A stretch of DNA of 64,000 nt. Source: Podarcis liolepis (taxonomy: Eukaryota). The stretch is from assembly GCA_965112155.1 (NCBI GenBank), contig OZ218109.1, one strand, 5' to 3'. The notes beneath the pieces are model-generated. The model worked only from the letters and a program-made list of their open reading frames with translations. It was not told the origin of the DNA and searched no databases. This document shows positions 1 to 64,000 of this stretch, one piece after another. Within the stretch, counting starts at the first letter, position 1. The number at the start of each line of letters is the position of its first letter. Position numbers and translations under genes: made by a program.

Positions 1-1340
1 GCAAAAATTAAATTTCACCTCCTGAAATGATATACCCTATTTTGCCAATGGTCTTTCATAGCATATTTCTCCATGGATACTGAAAGGTGACCAACTGAGG
101 CAGTGAACAGAAAAGAACTGACAACTTGGCTACAGAACAAAATGAATGTGCTGCAATGATTATTGTATACTTATCTCCGGATATTTTTAAATCTGGACAA
201 CAGACATAAATCAGTGGATAGGGTTACCATACCCGATGGAAATGGCGGAACTGGCAAGCCAATTATTCACCCGACTATATCAAGGCAAATTTTGTCTGGG
301 TGAACACTCATACTGACAAGCACTGAAGGGATTTTGAGGGAAATAAAGAACAACTCTCGCTATGTTTGCTCGTATAGAGAAAAGATACAAGCTTATATCA
401 TCAGCTTGTGGATATAAGCAAAATATGCATAGGGGGCAAATCTATGTAGGTGTCCAGAATTTCTCAAGAAAGAATTTTTGTAACAGATGTGGGTTGGATA
501 CATTTTGATATATTATCAATCAATTTAGAATATATGAGAAATAATCATGTATGGTAAAACATATCAAGCTTCATTTTCCCAGTGCCTGCCAGTGAAGAAG
601 CACTTTGTAAAAATGAAGTCAAGTAGATATTTGACTAGGTCTGAGCACTTGTTGGGGGCTGCTAAGTAGATTTGAAGGGTTTGGTTTCAGAATTGAACAA
701 GTGTTTTTTTGCAAAGCACTTTAAAAAAGAAAAGAAAACAACATATGTTAAGCTTGGAGAAGGATTTGGAGATGGAAATAACTGAGGAGGATTGGGCAGA
801 TATATGGTACAAAAACAAACCCATTTAAGTGCTTCTCTGAGGGAAGTTAATTTATAAGATTTTGAGCAGGTGGTATGTAACATCTGTGCACATTCAATAC
901 ATATGTAAAAAGAGTAATAGGGTCTGTTGGAAATAATGTGGGAAGGGAGGCTCCTTTAAGCATATATGGTGGTCTTTTAAATAAATTCAAGGATTTTGGC
1001 AAAAAAAAAAGTATAGGAGTGGATTAAAAATATCAAAGGCCATGATATTCACCTAGGCCCCACATCTTTTTGAAAGATACTGAATGTTATGCTTTTAAAG
1101 AACTTTTAATTTTGTTAATAGCACCAAAGTTTCATATAGTCCAAATTGGAAAATTACTCAGGCATCTACATTTATACACCTGGTATACAACTATTGGGAT
1201 ATTTCAGTCATTCATTAGGTAATGGATCTTATGCAGACAGTACAAGCTCTTCAGATGGAAAGCGCATTTCTTGAAAATTGGAAACCCTTTTCCTGAGGCT
1301 TGCAGATATTGACAAATTGCTTAGCCATTAGAACATAGCC
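1..1340 (+). mobile_element. Old, frameshifted L1/Tx1-type LINE ORF2 3' fragment
   Basis: Broken ORF2 C-terminal motifs: EEDWADIW, YKILSRWY, CWK, CG, HIWW, FW; many stops. Confidence 0.65.
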
Positions 1341-3094
1341 TCCATGACGCTACAAAGAATGTAGTAAAAGGTAAGATAAGAATTCGTTTCATGCCTGGCG
1401 GGAGTATCCAGTGGCATAAGGTAATATAAATTTAATTTCATATAAATGTAGTGAAAAGGTCCTGCACTGGTCTTATTACACTAAATTGGTCAAAACAATC
1501 CCTTGGTCTCCTACAATGTCTGTATCTTCCATTTGCATCTCACAGCAAACATTACATGGGCAAAATTATGCAAACAGCTCAGAGACTGGATGGGTATGAT
1601 TCTGCAGCAGCTTTCCTGCCAAGTCTGAGCAACTCAAAGTGAAGAGAAGCAATTTTCTATTATTACCACTTGGTTTTCATTCCTTCTCTATACTGTATAG
1701 AGAGATCATGCACAATACAATATAAATTAGTCTTTTTTATTAAGTTTTTGTGTTTTATTAATGGCTACTTTTTGTTTTTTGTGCTCACACAGGTAATTAG
1801 TCTAGCAGTATGTAAATAGATTTCTTCTCTTACACTATCACGTGTTTGTTCCGTTGTGTCTTTCCCTCCTTGTTACACACGCTTGAGCAGTGTGAAGTTT
1901 CAGTGATCCCAGCACATACCTTGGGGTTGGTTCTCTTGGAATGAAGATAAATGAGACTGGTAGTATTTTTATGACATAATGTTTATTTACACACATACAC
2001 AGGCTGAGCACATTAGCTTACTAGGAGAACCACCCCTCCCATGCCCTAGCATTGGATTTTTATGCAGAGCAAGTCAGGTCTCTGTGCCATTTCAAGACAG
2101 CCTGGCTGACACATTGATCACATCACATCCAGACAAGGGAAGGAAAAAGAAACCTCATCCAGAAAGGTCTCTGTCCATTTGCTTCTGCATCAACAAATCA
2201 TTTGCACACTATCAACTCTTTACTTATGCAAAGGCCCATTTTCCCAACAAAACAGAGTATATCAGGCTAAGCTTCTTCACTTAGCTTGACTTGTTTAAAC
2301 ATCCCTCCTTCTGCGAAACCTAACCTCACTCCTCTATAACAGTATTGGAGAGGATTCCCAAAATCCATTTTGTCTAATCCCAATTTCACTGTCGCTTTTG
2401 TATACCTGAAAAGAATATATGCACTGATGTTTTCCCCATCCAAATATGAATAGCCCGAATTCGAATAGTAAAAAAGCATTTAAATGTTATAAAGGGGAAA
2501 TATTCTTATTGGTGAAATATATCCCTGCTGTTGTACTTCAATCTTTGAAACACTGGGACTTGGGAGTTAATTCTATGGTTTTATAGTTCCATTTCGGTTT
2601 GTAATTATGTTCACCTTTTTTGGCACGGGGTGCGGGAGAGAATAAAATTATGAATTCAAAAACGCACCACGTGTGATGATTGACTTTTTAAGCAAGCATT
2701 TTAGGTGTTACCCAAGTGTTCATCCTTACACAGTTATTTAGGCAAAAGAAAGACCAAGCATGCCCTGGCAGATATTGGAGGACCTGCGGCAAGGGCTTCT
2801 GAATGATCCCCAGTCATTTAACAACAGCAGCAAGAAAAAAGGCCGCCACCCTCTCAAAACAAAAATAAAACACTGCCTTGAGATTCCCTGCAGTACAGCG
2901 GGTGAGCGCGCGCGGCCGCGCGGTTGGCGGGGAGGGTGCTGGGCGAGACGATTGACGTCTCGAGCAGCCAGCCGAGGAAAGGGACCCCCACGTTGCCACA
3001 GATGCGTCCCTCCCCTTCGGAAGGGCCGTGCTTTTAGGAGCAACCCCCCGCCGAGGAATGGCAGTGAAGGAGGCGCCTGCCTTTGTTGACGGGA

Positions 3095-3107
3095 GTCTCC
3101 TAGCAAC
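3095..3107. promoter_or_regulatory. RFX X-box
   Basis: GTCTCCTAGCAAC fits the X-box consensus GTHNYY(N1-2)RGYAAC. Confidence 0.75.
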
Positions 3108-3128
3108 AGGAGGCCTCTGGTTCCTCCG

Positions 3129-3142
3129 GTCTCCATGGCAAC
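3129..3142. promoter_or_regulatory. RFX X-box
   Basis: GTCTCCATGGCAAC, near-perfect 14-bp X-box. Confidence 0.8.
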
Positions 3143-4004
3143 CACGCCGCGCTTGTTCTCCGGAGGCGGCGGCACCTGCGAGGGTCGCCGAGGAAGAATC
3201 CGGAAGCGGCTCGGTCCGGTCAGTCGGTCGGGGAACGAGGGGCAGCGAGGGAGCCTCGGGCTTGGTGCCCCCGCCTTGTTTCTGGTCCAGGTCGCCGGGC
3301 TGCTGTCTCCGAAGGGCCTCCGCGGGTCCAGCTCAGCCCGGGATAAGGAGAACCGGGATTGTGTGGCCATAGATACTTGTGTGTGTGCATTTATATAGCT
3401 GTTCCTCATCTTCCTGAAGGTATCCAAGCGGGGGCCTCCTCAGCACCCCCTTTTCCTCTGACAGTGACGGGTGGGTGTTTTGGGGGGGGATGCTTAGGGG
3501 GCGCCCGTCTGGCAACTGGGCTCTTGCACCCACCATCATCCCCTGTCCTTTTAGCTAAACCAGAAAACCATAGCCATAAAATTGCCAGCAACTGCATCGT
3601 GCTATGAAGCAACAGGTGTAGAGAATGAAATTCTAGGTTACTGCTAGTGATTTTATTGTTACTAGTCCTCTCGTCTTGCTCATTATGGTTTTATATATAT
3701 CATTACAAAGCTTCTTTTCTGAATGTTGATCCTTGACTGTCCTAAAGAGATTGGCTGGTATTTAGAGCAGTGGTCGTCTTCAGCCTTTTCAGACCCAGGA
3801 GAGAGCTTTTGCCCCAACGCAACATGTGTTTGGGGATCCAGTTCTTAATTACACTTGAGTTGCTATTTATTCTGGAGGGGTGGTGTTCTTGTTATAAGCC
3901 AGCCTTCGGCCAGTTGTGACCCAGCAGTTGGTCCTGACTCACCAGTTGAAGATTAAGTTTTTGGATAAATTGGAGAAGGAATCCCCTACAAATGTTTTTT
4001 TTTG

Positions 4005-4035
<31 letters not shown>

Positions 4036-4211
4036 GTGGTGGTGACTTACGTTTTGCCCACTTTCATTATCAGTTTCCAAGTCCATGGCTGAATTTAATG
4101 CTTGATTGTACTTTGCTATAACAAGTGCTGGGTTTTCTTACCTTTTTTAAAAAAAGCTTTAGAATGGGAAAACTCACGTTCAGTTCCCAGCTCAACCTGA
4201 AGTTCAGTAAC

Positions 4212-4436
4212 TTGGGTTGCCATATTTCAAAAAGTAAAATTCCCAACACCCGCAAAGTTGCTCCCCCCAAAATAGGGGAGGTTTTGGAGCTGTTTCCACT
4301 GCCTTTTCCATTGCATTGCCATACATCCAGGGCTTCCCCTGACGTTTTGCCGATTTGGCAATGTTCCCGCCTGATGCCATTTTTACCCCCGAAAGCTGGG
4401 ACATGTCAGGAATTTTCCTCACATATGGCAAGCCTA
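4212..4436. mobile_element. Non-autonomous hAT DNA transposon
   Basis: TIRs TTGGGTTGCCATAT / ATATGGCAAGCCTA; exact 8-bp TSD TCAGTAAC at 4204-4211 and 4437-4444. Confidence 0.85.
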
Positions 4437-4890
4437 TCAGTAACCAACCTCACTGCTTTTGTGTGGTAATGGCATCCTGTGCATTAGGTGCAAAAGAGAG
4501 AAGACCTGTGTGTTTAAAAACTGCGGAGAAGAGGAAATTGAGCCAGGTAAAATGTGTACAAGTGCAGCTGAGAAAAGCTGTATGGGCTAAAATTCTCTCG
4601 TACAGCTATCAATACCCTTTACAGAGTGTGCTGGGATTCTGCAGGACTAGGGATTACTGCATTTATAAAATCTAGTAGTAAGCAGTTTGGAGAGGATTGC
4701 ATGACAGGAGATGTGCATGGCTTTGTCCCCCCTGCCTTCAGACGTGCCACCTTACCTTGCATTTTTGCTGCAACATCAAAATCTATCTTCATTGGACCCT
4801 GGTGCAGTTCTATATACAAAATAAATTGCTAAGTTTTTGTTTTCTATATTCCTTTCGTGAAGGGAAAGGACACTGGGATGAGCCTACGCC

Positions 4891-62187
<57,297 letters not shown>

Positions 62188-62307
62188 GTAAGTGTTTAGA
62201 TAAGAACCTATTCCTCACCCCCCCTCCTCTCCATAGCATGAAGATTAAGCCTCATGACCTAATGCCACCCTGCTATGGGTTTCTCCATCCTTGCTTCACA
62301 CATCATT

Positions 62308-62460
62308 GTAAGTAAGTAAGTAAATTTTTATTTATACCCCGCCCTCCCCGGCCAAGACTGGGCTCAGGGTGGCTAACATCAAATATCAAATACATTAAAA
62401 TACAATCAAACAATTGATTAAAATACAGCTTAAAAATTAGAATCAGGATAAAATTAAATG
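62308..62460 (-). mobile_element. L2-type LINE 3' end with (TTAC)n tail
   Basis: Minus strand AGCCACCCTGAGCC...GGGCGGGGTATAAATAAA followed by a simple-repeat tail. Confidence 0.65.
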
Positions 62461-62860
62461 ATTGCCCACGAATTACAACCATAGGGGCCGGGAACCTCAA
62501 GTATTTGGCTGCTGCTGCTTAAGGGGGTGGGGAAATGTGGAGCACAGTAGCATCCTGTCACGTGCTTTTTTTTCTCGCTGTGTTACGGGCAAGAGACAAG
62601 AAAAAGAGGTGGGTGTGCCATGCATCCCTCATATTATCTATTCCCATTCTAAGTTTTCTTTAACCCTACAGTAGTTTTTATCCACAGGGATATTTTTTTC
62701 TGCCCCTCTTGAGTGTCTGAATAGCTCTAGATACCATTGGACAAATGAGAAATGTAAGGTTTTTTTATCTGAAAAGTTTAAAACCAAATCTTATTGCCAC
62801 CCAACATTTTTTCTTGGACGGGGGTGATGAGTAAGGTTGCAATCCTAACTTCACTTTTTT

Positions 62861-63186
62861 TCATCATCATCAACCTTTTATTCGACCGTCAGTCAGAAAA
62901 AAGTACATTTGTCAATACACAGTTAAAAGCTCCAGGAAGATTTTAGAACTTAGCCAACACTAAAATGGGCTAAACAGATAGCCCCGTATCAATACAATCA
63001 ATTAAAGTCTTGCGACGCTTAAAAGCTAAAAAAAGAAATTTGGCCACCAAGGAAGGTATAGCTCTAGTGACATTATTCAGCAAGTGTAAAACCTGGTTTT
63101 CTCCGGATAGGAAGCTAGATTGACATAGGAGTGGGTCTATAAAATTTTGTCTAAGCTCTGCATAAGAAGGGCAAGTCAAGAGAATG
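62861..63186 (-). mobile_element. 5'-truncated non-LTR retrotransposon, RTE-X-like 3' end
   Basis: TSD ACTTCACTTTTTT at 62848-62860 and 63187-63199; ILLTCPSYAELR...VAKFL C-terminus; AATAAA plus (GAT)n tail. Confidence 0.75.
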
Positions 63187-63778
63187 ACTTCACTTTTTTG
63201 GGGGGGAGTAAAACCCATTGAATTTAATAGGACATATGTCTGTGTAGACATGGTTAGGATTGGGCTGTAAGCATCTTTATCTTTCTTCAGGTAAGCAAAG
63301 TAAAAAAATTTAGATAATACATGTATTGGTAAGTCTTTGTAGTAACAAATAGATGTTTGACTAAATAGGTAACTGCCCCCCAAAAATGACTAATTTATTT
63401 TAATTGCCCAATTTACTTCTAAAGCTCGTATAAAATTTGCGTTTTCCATCTTTAAAATGCTCATTTTCATTTACAATCTATGGAGTCATTATAGTACTTA
63501 ATTACAAATTACTATTCTGGGAATGTAAGAAACGTATATGCAGTTCAAACACACTTCACAAATAATTATTTTGGGACTTTTATTGTTCAGAAAAATTTAA
63601 ACTCTGTAAAAATATTATTGCTTTGAGCTGATTTATTGCCAAAGCTTTTTGCTCTGAAGTCCTGGTTTCAAAAATTCAATGGTGGATCAGGAAAGCAGTG
63701 TTTAACAAAACTTAGAAACAAGGAAACTGCACCTAAATATATATGTTTGAAATGGAGGTAGTATCACCAACATTGATA

Positions 63779-64000
63779 CAGTGGTGCCTCGCAAGACGAA
63801 AATAATCCGTTCCGCGAGTCTCTTCGTCTAGCGGTTTTTTCGTCTTGCGAAGCAACCCTATTAGCGGATTAGCGGATTAGCGCTATTAGCGGTTTAGCGG
63901 CTATTAAAGGCTTAGCGGCTTAGAAAAGGGGGGGGGGAGCAAAAAAAATTGCAAGACTCGCAAGACGTTTTCGTCTTGCGAAGCAAGCCCATAGGGAAAT
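63779..64000. mobile_element. Tc1/mariner-type MITE of the 6013-6811 family, reversed, running off the window
   Basis: TA|CAGTGGTGCCTCGCAAGACGAAA matches the reverse complement of the 6811 end; CTTGCGAAGCAAGCCCATAGGGAAAT matches the other subterminal region. Confidence 0.88.

Larger units (their letters stand above)
2890..3360 (+). promoter_or_regulatory. CpG-island promoter and probable non-coding exon 1 of ODAD2
   Basis: GC- and CpG-rich non-repeat island ~1.5 kb upstream of the first coding exon; CRE-like TGACGTC 2953-2959; ETS-type CCGGAAG ~3200; candidate donor CCG|gtcagt at 3218/3219. Confidence 0.8.

Noticed and set aside
2738-3612. Several ORFs up to 229 aa over the CpG island, suggesting a divergent gene
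   Set aside because: Arg/Pro/Gly-rich low-complexity translations typical of GC-rich DNA; no recognisable domain or exon structure
62188-64000. Final ODAD2 coding exon
   Set aside because: No sequence resembling the recalled C-terminal LLLDMVGS...EAAAGCI peptide; it should lie beyond the window, so this is not evidence of a pseudogene

Overview
Vertebrate genomic DNA, squamate by its SINE content (Sauria SINEs, plus a Squam3-type SINE with a (CTT)n tail that suggests a lacertid lizard). The window holds most of ODAD2 (ARMC4), the outer dynein arm docking complex subunit of motile cilia, on the + strand. There is a CpG-island promoter with two RFX X-boxes (~2890-3360) and 18 coding exons from ATG 4891 to 62187. 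These splice at GT-AG junctions into one phase-consistent frame of 3030 nt (1010 codons); the last coding exon lies beyond the window. Introns are full of transposons: a young L2 LINE with an uninterrupted RT ORF, two young 5'-truncated L1/Tx1-type LINEs with TSDs, CR1 and RTE-X-like fragments, three Sauria SINEs, and many Tc1/mariner and hAT MITEs, several nested. I found no clear new multi-gene system. The observations most worth testing are: three hammerhead-ribozyme-like motifs, all antisense to ODAD2, one inside a 94-bp Penelope-like insertion with an 11-bp TSD; MITEs with shared ends but different internal repeat cargo, including a 5 x 60-bp hairpin array; homeodomain-site-rich intronic blocks that may be enhancers for the neighbouring MKX gene; and several splicing and translation oddities. 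Comparisons to human proteins and repeat families are from memory, not from searches.
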